NCBI GenBank assembly: GCA_963783315.1
Contig: CAWAMZ010000018.1
Span: 160,718 to 224,717 of the forward strand
Reading direction: 5' to 3'
Origin: an uncultured Bacteroidales bacterium
GTDB lineage: Bacteria; Bacteroidota; Bacteroidia; Bacteroidales; DASQZP01
DNA: 64,000 nucleotides
Shown: positions 41,673-50,247 of the stretch, piece by piece
Layout of the letters: each line of letters begins with the position of its first letter
How positions within the stretch are numbered: the first letter of the stretch is position 1
The notes under the pieces: model-generated
Database searches by the model: none
The model's input: only the letters and a program-made list of their open reading frames with translations
Told to the model about the DNA's origin: nothing
Translations under genes and position numbers: made by a program

Positions 41673-42289
41673 TACTTCTCAATAATTAAATATGAACCAT
41701 TAGGACCCGGAACAGCCCCTTTTAACAATAACAGATTGTTTTCGGGTAGTATCTTAACAATTCTCAGGTTTAAGATTTTTGCTTTTTTGTTTCCTGTTTG
41801 TCCGGCCATTCTCATTCCCTTAAAAACACGTGACGGAAATGAAGAAGCACCAAGAGAACCAGGAGCACGACCGCGGTTATGCTGTCCATGTGTTGCATCA
41901 TTAACCCCACGGAAACCATGCCTTTTAACAACTCCCTGAAAACCTTTTCCTTTAGATATACCTGAAACATCGAGCCAGATATCATCTTTAAAATAATCTA
42001 CAGTAATAACATCACCAAGTTTCCAGTCTTTTACAAAACCTTTAAGCTCGATTACTTTATTTTTGGGAGAAGTACTGGCATTTTTAAAATGCCCAATAAG
42101 CGCTTTTGAGGTATTTTTCTCCTTTCGGTCATCAAAGGCCAACTGAACAGCTTTGTAACCGTCTTTCTCCTCCGACTTTATCTGGGTAACTACACAGGGT
42201 CCTGCTTGAATCACTGTGCAGGGAACATATTTACCATCTGCATCAAATACAGAGGTCATTCCAATTTTTTTCCCAATTAATCCTGGCAT
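41672..42289 (-). CDS. rplC: 50S ribosomal protein L3
   Basis: [15 protein letters not shown]...; ..[14 protein letters not shown]....HG....R.PGS.G. Confidence 0.97.
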   Translation of the reverse strand: MPGLIGKKIGMTSVFDADGKYVPCTVIQAGPCVVTQIKSEEKDGYKAVQLAFDDRKEKNTSKALIGHFKNASTSPKNKVIELKGFVKDWKLGDVITVDYFKDDIWLDVSGISKGKGFQGVVKRHGFRGVNDATHGQHNRGRAPGSLGASSFPSRVFKGMRMAGQTGNKKAKILNLRIVKILPENNLLLLKGAVPGPNGSYLIIEK

Positions 42290-42315
42290 TTTTCTGACAA
42301 TTTAATGTTTTATTA

Positions 42316-42621
42316 TTACACTTTGATTTCAACTTCAACACCACTGGGCAGTTCCAGTTTCATCAAGGCATCAATAGTCTTGGGGGTGGAACTGTAAATG
42401 TCGAGCAGCCTTTTGAAGGAAGAAAGTTGAAATTGCTCTCTTGATTTCTTGTTGACAAACGGCGACCGCAGTACGGTAAAGATCCGTTTGTGCGTAGGCA
42501 ACGGAATTGGACCACTTACAACAGCGCCGGTCGATTTAACCGTCTTTACGATCTTTTCGGCACTTTTATCTACGAGGTTATGGTCGTAAGATTTTAATTT
42601 GATTCTAATCTTCTGGCTCAT
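42316..42621 (-). CDS. rpsJ: 30S ribosomal protein S10
   Basis: [17 protein letters not shown]...IV.T.K.TGA...GPIPLPT. Confidence 0.97.
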   Translation of the reverse strand: MSQKIRIKLKSYDHNLVDKSAEKIVKTVKSTGAVVSGPIPLPTHKRIFTVLRSPFVNKKSREQFQLSSFKRLLDIYSSTPKTIDALMKLELPSGVEVEIKV

Positions 42622-42633
42622 TTTTTATGTATG

Positions 42634-44742
42634 TTAAGCTAATTCTTTTTTACCTCTGATATTTTCCAGTACATCTTTTGAAATACCTGCAGGAACTTCT
42701 TCGTAATGTGAAAACTCCATAGTTGAAGTAGCCCTACCGGATGTAATGGTACGCAGAACAGTCACATATCCAAATTTCTCTGCCAATGGAACTTTTGCTT
42801 TAATAACCCTGGCTCCTGCCCGGCTTTCCATTCCTTCAACCTGTCCGCGACGTTTGTTAAAGTCAGAAATTACATCACCCATATATTCTTCAGGAGTAAC
42901 AACCTCAGCGGACATAATAGGTTCAAGAAGAATAGGTTTTGCTTTTGCACAAGCCTTTTTGAATGCTTGTTTAGCAGCAATTTCGAAGGAAAGTGCATCA
43001 GAATCAACGGGATGGAAAGAACCATCAAACAGTACAACTTTCAAACTATCTACCGGATAACCTGCCAGCACTCCATTTCTCATCGCTTCCTTAAAGCCTT
43101 TCTCAACAGAAGGTATATATTCTTTAGGCACATTACCACCTTTAACTGAATCAATAAACTGTAAACCGGTTACACCTTCATCTGTTGGTGAGATACGTAT
43201 CTGTATATCAGCAAATTTACCACGTCCACCAGTCTGTTTCTTGAATACTTCGCGATGTTCAACTTCGCCAGTTATAGCTTCTTTGTATGCAACCTGAGGA
43301 GCTCCCTGGTTACACTCAACTTTAAATTCTCTTTTCAACCGGTCAACCAGGATCTCAAGATGTAGTTCACCCATACCATTGATAACAGTCTGGCCGGAAT
43401 CTTCATCCGTTTTAACCACGAAAGTAGGATCTTCTTCAGAGAGTCTGGCCAGTGCATTGGATAATTTATCCACATCCGCCTGGGTTTTGGGTTCAACTGC
43501 TACACCAATTACCGGTTCCGGGAAAGTCATTGTTTCGAGCAGAATAGGTTTGTCAACACCACACAGTGTATCTCCGGTACGAATATCCTTAAAACCAACA
43601 GCGGCACAAATATCTCCTGCTTCAATAACATCCTTTGGATTCTGCTTATTGGCATGCATTTGATACAACCGGGATATACGTTCTTTTTTTCCTGAACGGC
43701 TATTGAAAACATATGAACCCGCATCAATTTTTCCTGAATAAACGCGTAAATATGCCAGACGTCCTACATAAGGATCAGTTGCTATTTTAAAAGCCAAAGC
43801 AGCCAAAGGTTCTTCACTATCCGGATTTCTTTTTACCGGCTCATCATCTTTCAGTCTTTTACCTTCTACAGCTCCAACATCAAGCGGACTGGGCAGAAAA
43901 GCTGCAATAGCATCTAACAGACGTTGAATTCCTTTATTTTTAAAGGATGCCCCACACATAACAGGGGTGATCTCTCTTCTGATCACAGCTTTACGTGTTG
44001 CTGCCAGCAATTCATCTACGGAAATTGAGTCTGGATCATCAAAGAAGCGCTCCAACAGTGCATCATCTGATACACAAATAGCCTCAACAAGTTTTTCCCG
44101 CCATTCATTAACAGTCTCGATCAGATCAGCAGGGATTTCCTTTGTTTCATATTTCATTCCCAGCGTTTCGTCTTCCTTCCATACGATGGCTTTTCTTTCA
44201 AGCAGGTCAACAACACCTTCAAAAGAATCTTCAGCACCAATTGGAATCTGCAGCGGAACAGGGTTTGCACCCAACCTGTCTTCAATTTGTTTTAACACAT
44301 TAAAGAAGTCAGCACCCGTACGATCCATCTTATTTACAAATGCTATGCGGGGAACACCATATTTATCAGCCTGTCTCCAAACTGTTTCTGATTGTGGTTC
44401 CACTCCGCCTACAGCGCAAAACAGTGCAACAGCACCATCCAGCACCCTCAGACTTCTCTCTACCTCTACCGTAAAATCAACGTGGCCCGGGGTGTCAATT
44501 ATATTGATCTTATAATCGTCGTTATTATATTTCCAAAAAGTTGTTGTTGCGGCGGAAGTGATGGTTATTCCTCTCTCCTGCTCCTGTACCATCCAGTCCA
44601 TCGTAGCCGCGCCATCATGCACCTCACCAATCTTGTAGGTAATCCCGGTATAAAACAGAATGCGCTCTGTTGTAGTGGTCTTACCTGCATCGATGTGAGC
44701 CATGATGCCTATATTTCGTGTATATTTTAAATCCTTACTCAT
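42634..44742 (-). CDS. fusA: Elongation factor G (canonical)
   Basis: All GTPase motifs are intact: [26 protein letters not shown]. Domain [12 protein letters not shown]. Lies in the str-operon position after rpsG. ATG at 44742 is preferred over GTG at 44745. Confidence 0.97.
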   Translation of the reverse strand: MSKDLKYTRNIGIMAHIDAGKTTTTERILFYTGITYKIGEVHDGAATMDWMVQEQERGITITSAATTTFWKYNNDDYKINIIDTPGHVDFTVEVERSLRVLDGAVALFCAVGGVEPQSETVWRQADKYGVPRIAFVNKMDRTGADFFNVLKQIEDRLGANPVPLQIPIGAEDSFEGVVDLLERKAIVWKEDETLGMKYETKEIPADLIETVNEWREKLVEAICVSDDALLERFFDDPDSISVDELLAATRKAVIRREITPVMCGASFKNKGIQRLLDAIAAFLPSPLDVGAVEGKRLKDDEPVKRNPDSEEPLAALAFKIATDPYVGRLAYLRVYSGKIDAGSYVFNSRSGKKERISRLYQMHANKQNPKDVIEAGDICAAVGFKDIRTGDTLCGVDKPILLETMTFPEPVIGVAVEPKTQADVDKLSNALARLSEEDPTFVVKTDEDSGQTVINGMGELHLEILVDRLKREFKVECNQGAPQVAYKEAITGEVEHREVFKKQTGGRGKFADIQIRISPTDEGVTGLQFIDSVKGGNVPKEYIPSVEKGFKEAMRNGVLAGYPVDSLKVVLFDGSFHPVDSDALSFEIAAKQAFKKACAKAKPILLEPIMSAEVVTPEEYMGDVISDFNKRRGQVEGMESRAGARVIKAKVPLAEKFGYVTVLRTITSGRATSTMEFSHYEEVPAGISKDVLENIRGKKELA

Positions 44743-44804
44743 CACAAAAAATACGATATACGTGTATTATATTAAAATTATCCTTCCTTACTATATTCCT
44801 ATAT

Positions 44805-45281
44805 TTAAAACCTGAAATGGGCAAAGGCTTTATTTGCTTCAGCCATTCTGTGTGTATCTTCCTTTTTCTTGTATGCGCCACCTTCTTCGTTATAAGCAGC
44901 AAGAACTTCAGCAGCAAGTTTATCACTCATAGATTTGCCGGCTCTCTTGCGTGCAAAAAGAATAAGGTTTTTCATGCTAATGGAAACTTTGCGATCAGGT
45001 CTTACTTCCTGCGGAACCTGGAACGTTGCACCACCTACCCTGCGGCTTTTTACTTCTACCTGAGGGGTAATATTTTCAAGGGCTTTTTTCCAAATTTCAA
45101 GTGGGGTTTTTTCAGCATCTTTATTGCGCTCCTGAATAAGATCCATAGCTTCGTAAAAAATGTCGAAAGAAACACTCTTCTTCCCGTCAAACATCAGATT
45201 ATTCACAAATCTGGTTACCAAAGCATCTTTGTACCTTGGATCGGGCGTTAATATTCTTTTTTTTGGTTTAGACTTTCTCAT
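44805..45281 (-). CDS. rpsG: 30S ribosomal protein S7
   Basis: MRKSKPKKR...PDP.Y.....RF.N.LM.DGKKS.....; ends ...[15 protein letters not shown]. Confidence 0.97.
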   Translation of the reverse strand: MRKSKPKKRILTPDPRYKDALVTRFVNNLMFDGKKSVSFDIFYEAMDLIQERNKDAEKTPLEIWKKALENITPQVEVKSRRVGGATFQVPQEVRPDRKVSISMKNLILFARKRAGKSMSDKLAAEVLAAYNEEGGAYKKKEDTHRMAEANKAFAHFRF

Positions 45282-45302
45282 GCTGCAAAATCTATATAAA
45301 TG

Positions 45303-45683
45303 TTATTTTTTTGCTTTTGGCCTTTTGGTTCCGTATTTTGACCTTCTTTGCGATCTCCCTTCAACACCTGAAGTATCCAGAGCGCCGCGGATAAGATGGT
45401 AACGAACACCAGGAAGATCTTTCACCCTGCCGCCCCTGATCAATACAATCGAGTGTTCCTGAAGATTATGACCTTCTCCCGGAATGTATGCATTCACTTC
45501 CTTGCCATTTGTCAGGCGAACCCTGGCAACTTTACGCATTGCCGAGTTTGGTTTCTTCGGTGTTGTTGTATAAACACGAACACAAACACCGCGCCTCTGG
45601 GGGCATGAATCAAGTGCCGGGGCTTTACTTTTCTCCGTCATCTTGGTTCTTCCTTTTCTTACCAACTGTTGAATTGTAGGCAT
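45303..45683 (-). CDS. rpsL: 30S ribosomal protein S12
   Basis: [12 protein letters not shown]...[51 protein letters not shown]. Confidence 0.97.
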   Translation of the reverse strand: MPTIQQLVRKGRTKMTEKSKAPALDSCPQRRGVCVRVYTTTPKKPNSAMRKVARVRLTNGKEVNAYIPGEGHNLQEHSIVLIRGGRVKDLPGVRYHLIRGALDTSGVEGRSQRRSKYGTKRPKAKK

Positions 45684-45730
45684 ATAGACGTAATTTATTT
45701 AATTTAAATATTATTATCAAAATGGGTTCG

Positions 45731-45738
45731 CAAAGGTA
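45731..45738 (-). promoter_or_regulatory. Candidate TAnnTTTG -7 element for the rpsL superoperon
   Basis: The minus strand reads TACCTTTG about 48 nt upstream of the rpsL ATG. Confidence 0.45.
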
Positions 45739-46118
45739 TTCTTTTTTTTTAAAAAACAATAATTAATAACAAGAAAATTAATGCTTTTTTGATTAGAATA
45801 ACTTCTGCGTTTCGCTTATTACTCTCAAACTCTTCATCCAAAACTTCCGGATTACAAAACGAAAACCTGTAAACCTTTGCAAATAAATTATTTGGAACGG
45901 CATTCGGTATTTAGCTTTGATATTTCCTTGCGGTGAAAGGAATTGGCGTGCAAAACTATACAATATTTTTGAAAAATGCAGGTTATCAGCTATTATTTTA
46001 AAGAAATTATTCATACCCTGTTTTTTTTATTTTTACTGTTCGCAGAATTATACACACAGAAACATGGTAATTAAACTCCTGAGACCGTTCAGGGTATTGG
46101 TTGTTATTAAAAAAATGT

Positions 46119-46126
46119 TACATTTG
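46119..46126 (+). promoter_or_regulatory. Candidate TAnnTTTG -7 element for the EF-G paralog
   Basis: TACATTTG lies about 78 nt upstream of the ATG at 46204. Confidence 0.45.
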
Positions 46127-46203
46127 CAAGTCTCCGGTTAAATTGGAAAAAATTAAGTTTTAATACTATTTATATATACTTTAACCAAACTCACAAGACC
46201 AAT

Positions 46204-48360
46204 ATGAAAACTTATCAAACGAATCAGATCAAGAATATTTCCTTACTGGGCAATTCAGGGTCGGGAAAAACAACGCTTGCTGAGGCCATGCTCTTTGAAG
46301 GAGGCATAATAGAAAGGAGAGGGTCGGTAGATCAGAAGAACACAGTTTCTGACTTTTACGACATTGAACATGAGAATGAAAGCTCAGTTTACTCATCAGT
46401 ACTTTATGCCGAATTTAATGATAAGAAGATAAACATTATCGACAATCCGGGTGCAGATGATTTTATCGGTGGGGTTATATCTGCCCTTAAGATTACCGAC
46501 ACGGGTGTTATGGTATTGAATTCACAAAATGGTGTTGAGGTAGGCACCGAAATTCAATCACGTTATCTTGAAAGCCATGGTAAATCAACAATTTTTGTTG
46601 TAAACCACCTTGATCATGATAAGTCAAATTTTGAAAAAACAATTGAATCAGCAAAGGAGCGCTTTGGAGGGAAAATCACACTTGTACAATATCCGGTAAA
46701 TGAAGGCACTGGTTTTAATACAATTGTAGATGTATTACTGATGAAGGCATTTAAATACCCGGCCGACGGAGGCAAGCCTGAAATCATTGATATTCCTGCT
46801 GACCAGATGGATAGAGCCACTGAACTGAAGAATGAACTGGTAGAAAAAGCAGCAGAAAATGATGAAGGTCTCATGGAATTGTTCTTTGAAAAAGAAACAC
46901 TGGATGAGGATGAGATGCGCAAAGGGATTACTGCCGGAATTCTCCAAAGAGGCATGTTCCCCGTTTTCTGTGTTTCTGCAAAAAAGAATATGGGAGTGGG
47001 CCGGCTGATGGAATTCATTTGCAATGTTGCTCCCAGTCCGCTTGAAGTACCCCCGGCTAAATCAGTTGAAGGAGAAGAGATTAAGTGTGACCCTGCCGGC
47101 CCGGCAATCGCTTTTGTTTTTAAATCTACTGTAGAATCACATATTGGTGAAATCAATTATTTCAAGTTGATTTCCGGTGAGATATCAGAAGGCATGGATC
47201 TCATCAATAACCAGACTTCAAACAAGGAAAGGCTATCGCAATTGTATGCTGCTGCAGGCAAAAACAGAACAAAAGTCCCTAAAATAATTGCAGGTGATAT
47301 TGGCGCCACTGTAAAATTAAAAGGCACCAAAACTAATCATACACTGGCTGTACCCGGCAATAGTACCAGGATAGAACCAGTCATTTTTCCTGAACCAAAA
47401 TACCGTGCAGCCATAAAACCCGAGAACGAGGCTGACGATGAAAAACTGGGTGAAGCTCTTTCACGTATGCACGAAGAGGATCCTACTATTCGTATTGAGT
47501 ATTCAAAGGAGTTAAAACAAATAATAATATCAGGCCAGGGAGAATATCACCTGAATATTCTGAAATGGCATCTCGATAATCTGTTTAAGATACCCACAGT
47601 GTTCCTTGCTCCAAAAATTCCTTACAGGGAGACCATTACAAAATTATCGCAGGCCGATTACCGTCATAAGAAACAATCGGGTGGTGCAGGCCAGTTTGGC
47701 GAAGTACACCTGGTAATCGAACCCTATGTGGAAGGAATTCCTGACCCTACTGTTTATAAGGTAAATGGAAAAGAACTTAAGGTTAATGTTCGCGACAAGG
47801 AAGAAATTAAGCTTCCATGGGGTGGAAAACTGGTATTTTATAATTGTATAGTTGGAGGTTCAATCGATTCACGGTTTATGCCTGCTATCCTGAAAGGGAT
47901 CATGGAAAAGATGGAAGAAGGCCCGCTTACCGGTAGTTATGCCCGTGACATCAGAATTGCCGTTTACGATGGTAAAATGCACCCGGTAGATTCAAATGAA
48001 ATCTCTTTTAAACTTGCTGGTAGAAACGCTTTCAGGGCTGCCTTCAAGAATGCAGGACCCAAGATCATGGAGCCTGTTTATCTTGTTGAAGTCTGGGTTC
48101 CTTCCGATCGAATGGGCGATGTAATGAGCGACCTGCAGGGACGACGTGGTGTCGTTCAGGGCATGAGCAGTGAGAAAGGTTTTGAAAAAATTACTTCCAA
48201 AGTACCCCTTGCAGAGATGAACAAATATTCTACTTCTTTAAGTTCTCTCTCCGGCGGACGTGCTATGTATACAATGAAATTCTCCGAATACGCGCAGGTA
48301 CCTGGAGATATTCAGGAACAACTGCTCAAAGCTTATGAAGAGTCTCAGGATGAAGAATAA
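46204..48360 (+). CDS. Elongation factor G paralog (EF-G2-like) with degenerate GTPase motifs
   Basis: 718 aa, five-domain EF-G layout (domain IV HKKQSGGAGQFGEV; C-terminal ...SGGRAMYTMKFSEY). G1 is intact (GNSGSGKTT). G3 reads DNPGADDF where fusA has DTPGHVDF, G4 reads NHLD where fusA has NKMD, and switch I reads ENESSV where fusA has ERGITI. Confidence 0.85.
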   Translation: MKTYQTNQIKNISLLGNSGSGKTTLAEAMLFEGGIIERRGSVDQKNTVSDFYDIEHENESSVYSSVLYAEFNDKKINIIDNPGADDFIGGVISALKITDTGVMVLNSQNGVEVGTEIQSRYLESHGKSTIFVVNHLDHDKSNFEKTIESAKERFGGKITLVQYPVNEGTGFNTIVDVLLMKAFKYPADGGKPEIIDIPADQMDRATELKNELVEKAAENDEGLMELFFEKETLDEDEMRKGITAGILQRGMFPVFCVSAKKNMGVGRLMEFICNVAPSPLEVPPAKSVEGEEIKCDPAGPAIAFVFKSTVESHIGEINYFKLISGEISEGMDLINNQTSNKERLSQLYAAAGKNRTKVPKIIAGDIGATVKLKGTKTNHTLAVPGNSTRIEPVIFPEPKYRAAIKPENEADDEKLGEALSRMHEEDPTIRIEYSKELKQIIISGQGEYHLNILKWHLDNLFKIPTVFLAPKIPYRETITKLSQADYRHKKQSGGAGQFGEVHLVIEPYVEGIPDPTVYKVNGKELKVNVRDKEEIKLPWGGKLVFYNCIVGGSIDSRFMPAILKGIMEKMEEGPLTGSYARDIRIAVYDGKMHPVDSNEISFKLAGRNAFRAAFKNAGPKIMEPVYLVEVWVPSDRMGDVMSDLQGRRGVVQGMSSEKGFEKITSKVPLAEMNKYSTSLSSLSGGRAMYTMKFSEYAQVPGDIQEQLLKAYEESQDEE

Positions 48361-48384
48361 AAATTCATCATTATATAAATTAGA

Positions 48385-48412
48385 AAAACCCGGTTTGAAA
48401 ACCGGGTTTTTT
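48385..48412. terminator. Bidirectional rho-independent terminator between the convergent EF-G paralog and T9SS cargo genes
   Basis: AAAACCCGGTT pairs with AACCGGGTTTT around the loop TGAA, flanked by an A-run and a T-run. Confidence 0.85.
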
Positions 48413-48511
48413 CTTTATCTGTAATTGCCAATAATTTAGCAAGTACTATTCATTTATTAAATATCCTCCTTTTTCAGCTTCTTATTCTGTTTCCCAAATG
48501 CACTGTTGAAA

Positions 48512-49903
48512 CTACCAGTTATCTTTTCCGGTAAAAAGATGAAAGAAACCTTTATAAACCTTGTCGGGAATTTTATAATGAATATTATCCCAACCATAGG
48601 CTTCAACAACATAATAGTATATACCAGGGGGAGCAGGCCGGTTACTCCCGTTAACTTTTCCGTCCCATCCTTTCCAGTCGGCATGTTCCGATTCATTATA
48701 AAAATATTCATATACTTTCCGGCCGGTCCGGCTGTAAATAACCAGGTGAAATGATTTAAGTGATTTATTGTAAACATAAAAATAGTCATTGAAGCCATCA
48801 TCATTGGGAGTAAAAAAATTGGGAGCTTCCATCACCGACTCTTCGACCACAATCGGCCCGGGATAATCAACACTTGCCACAGTAAAAGAATCAACACAAC
48901 CTGCATCACTTGTTGAAAGCAGCTTTACAAAATAAGACCTTGGCACATAATATTTATACTCAGGTTCTTCGAGTGTGTCAGACGTGGTAAGATGAATATC
49001 CTGATGGCCGGGCAACAGTGTATCCATGAAAGTCCACTCAAACTTAATCCCATTCTGGGATGTGTTGGTAAATTTAGCTGTAAGCGGCGCTGAACCGGTA
49101 AGATCAGATTCCGAAAATTCCTTTTCAAAATAGCCCTTCACGGCAATCTTAAAAGATGCTTTGGTAACAATCGACTCATAAACTACTTTATCTGATTTTT
49201 CAATTCCATAAATATCCTTTACTGTTATGGTATAGGTTGTATTAAATGGAGGAGGGTCAAATGTCCTTATTTCAAGCTTGCTGGAAGCATGTGGTATAAT
49301 GGTTTCGGGGTCAGAAGTCCACTTAATTTGAAGATCTCTTTTAAGATGTAGGGTATCCCCTGTAGCCAGATCAAAGTAAGTAAATGCATCATCGCTTGCT
49401 GTTGCATTCAGATCCAGGTAATCACAGGTATACTTGAACATTTTAATCTTTCCCTGACTGTTTTTTTCAGCTTCAACATGTAAACTATCGGCATGATTAA
49501 TATAGACCCAGGTTCTGAACACAGTGTCCAGCGCTGCTCCATCTGTTATCCGTACCTGGTAACAACCATCATCAAGGCCGTTCAGTGAGCTCGATGCCAC
49601 ATTGCTTTCGGTTTTCAGTGGATCAAAAGTCAGACTCTGTGGATTAAACATGCTCCAGCTGTAAGTGAGCAATTGATTTCCTGAAGGATATTCAGCTGTA
49701 AGGCTGCCCCTGACAGTTTCTCCTGAATTATCAGGGGTGTTGAATACAAAAATCGTATCATTGACAGGATAGGTAGTATATTGGGTAATGTCACCTGAAC
49801 CGGACAAAGGAGCAAACAACTGTGCATGGAGATCATTTGCGTTGCACCATAATAATATATAAATGAAAATTCCGGGAAATATTCGCAATTGATTTTGTCT
49901 CAT
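48512..49903 (-). CDS. Secreted protein with a T9SS type-B (gliding motility-associated, CHU_C) C-terminal sorting domain
   Basis: Signal peptide; Ig/PKD-like beta-rich middle region; C-terminal FFTPNDDGFNDYF...GWDGK.NG...PPGIYYY signature of the type-B T9SS CTD. Confidence 0.8.
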   Translation of the reverse strand: MRQNQLRIFPGIFIYILLWCNANDLHAQLFAPLSGSGDITQYTTYPVNDTIFVFNTPDNSGETVRGSLTAEYPSGNQLLTYSWSMFNPQSLTFDPLKTESNVASSSLNGLDDGCYQVRITDGAALDTVFRTWVYINHADSLHVEAEKNSQGKIKMFKYTCDYLDLNATASDDAFTYFDLATGDTLHLKRDLQIKWTSDPETIIPHASSKLEIRTFDPPPFNTTYTITVKDIYGIEKSDKVVYESIVTKASFKIAVKGYFEKEFSESDLTGSAPLTAKFTNTSQNGIKFEWTFMDTLLPGHQDIHLTTSDTLEEPEYKYYVPRSYFVKLLSTSDAGCVDSFTVASVDYPGPIVVEESVMEAPNFFTPNDDGFNDYFYVYNKSLKSFHLVIYSRTGRKVYEYFYNESEHADWKGWDGKVNGSNRPAPPGIYYYVVEAYGWDNIHYKIPDKVYKGFFHLFTGKDNW

Positions 49904-49950
49904 GTATTTGTCACTTCTGTGTTGGCTTTTTGTTCACCTATATTAAACTT

Positions 49951-49958
49951 CAAAAATA
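49951..49958 (-). promoter_or_regulatory. Candidate TAnnTTTG -7 element for the T9SS cargo gene
   Basis: The minus strand reads TATTTTTG about 48 nt upstream of the ATG at 49903. Confidence 0.45.
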
Positions 49959-50208
49959 CATATAATAGTATGTGGTGAAAAATTTTCCGGGATGAAATTA
50001 AAGGATACAAGTATAGGAAAATAATTTTATTTGTGTAAAAGTTTAAATAGACCGATAAAAACCTGCATTTCAAATTTAAGAAAGCAAAAATGATGTATAT
50101 ATTTAAATATGAATGTATTGATAGCCGTAAAAATTTCTTTTTTTCCCGTTTGTTAATAAAATACTTAAACTTCTGGTGTAATAATAATGTAATGGTATAT
50201 TGAATTAT

Positions 50209-50216
50209 TAATTTTG
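50209..50216 (+). promoter_or_regulatory. Candidate TAnnTTTG -7 element for the helicase gene
   Basis: TAATTTTG lies about 32 nt upstream of the GTG start at 50248. Confidence 0.45.
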
Positions 50217-50247
50217 AAATTCTGAAATTATACAAAAACAAGAAGAA

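Noticed and set aside
43967-44515. Long ORFs antisense to highly expressed genes: 43967-44515 (+, 182 aa) and 44392-44730 in fusA; 44718-45251 in rpsG; 46614-47156 in the EF-G paralog; 51325-51954 in the helicase; 60308-60853 in the sigma-54 activator; 36575-37039 in rplE/rplX; 9173-9601 in dsbD
   Set aside because: Each lies entirely inside a confidently identified gene on the opposite strand. Their low-complexity Ser/Thr/Ile-rich translations are typical of antisense frames, and none has its own promoter or terminator context. They are treated as frame artefacts.
45793-46141. Two overlapping ORFs (45793-46014 minus, 73 aa; 45917-46141 plus, 74 aa) in the rpsL / EF-G paralog spacer
   Set aside because: They are mutually overlapping, their composition matches random AT-rich translation, and the plus ORF runs through the TACATTTG promoter element of the downstream gene. 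Neither has a family resemblance.
49900-50241. 113-aa minus-strand ORF filling the spacer between the T9SS cargo gene and the helicase
   Set aside because: The translation is Ile/Leu/Phe/Tyr/Lys/Asn-rich, as expected from translating AT-rich non-coding DNA. It overlaps the T9SS gene start and both proposed promoter elements and has no recognisable motif.
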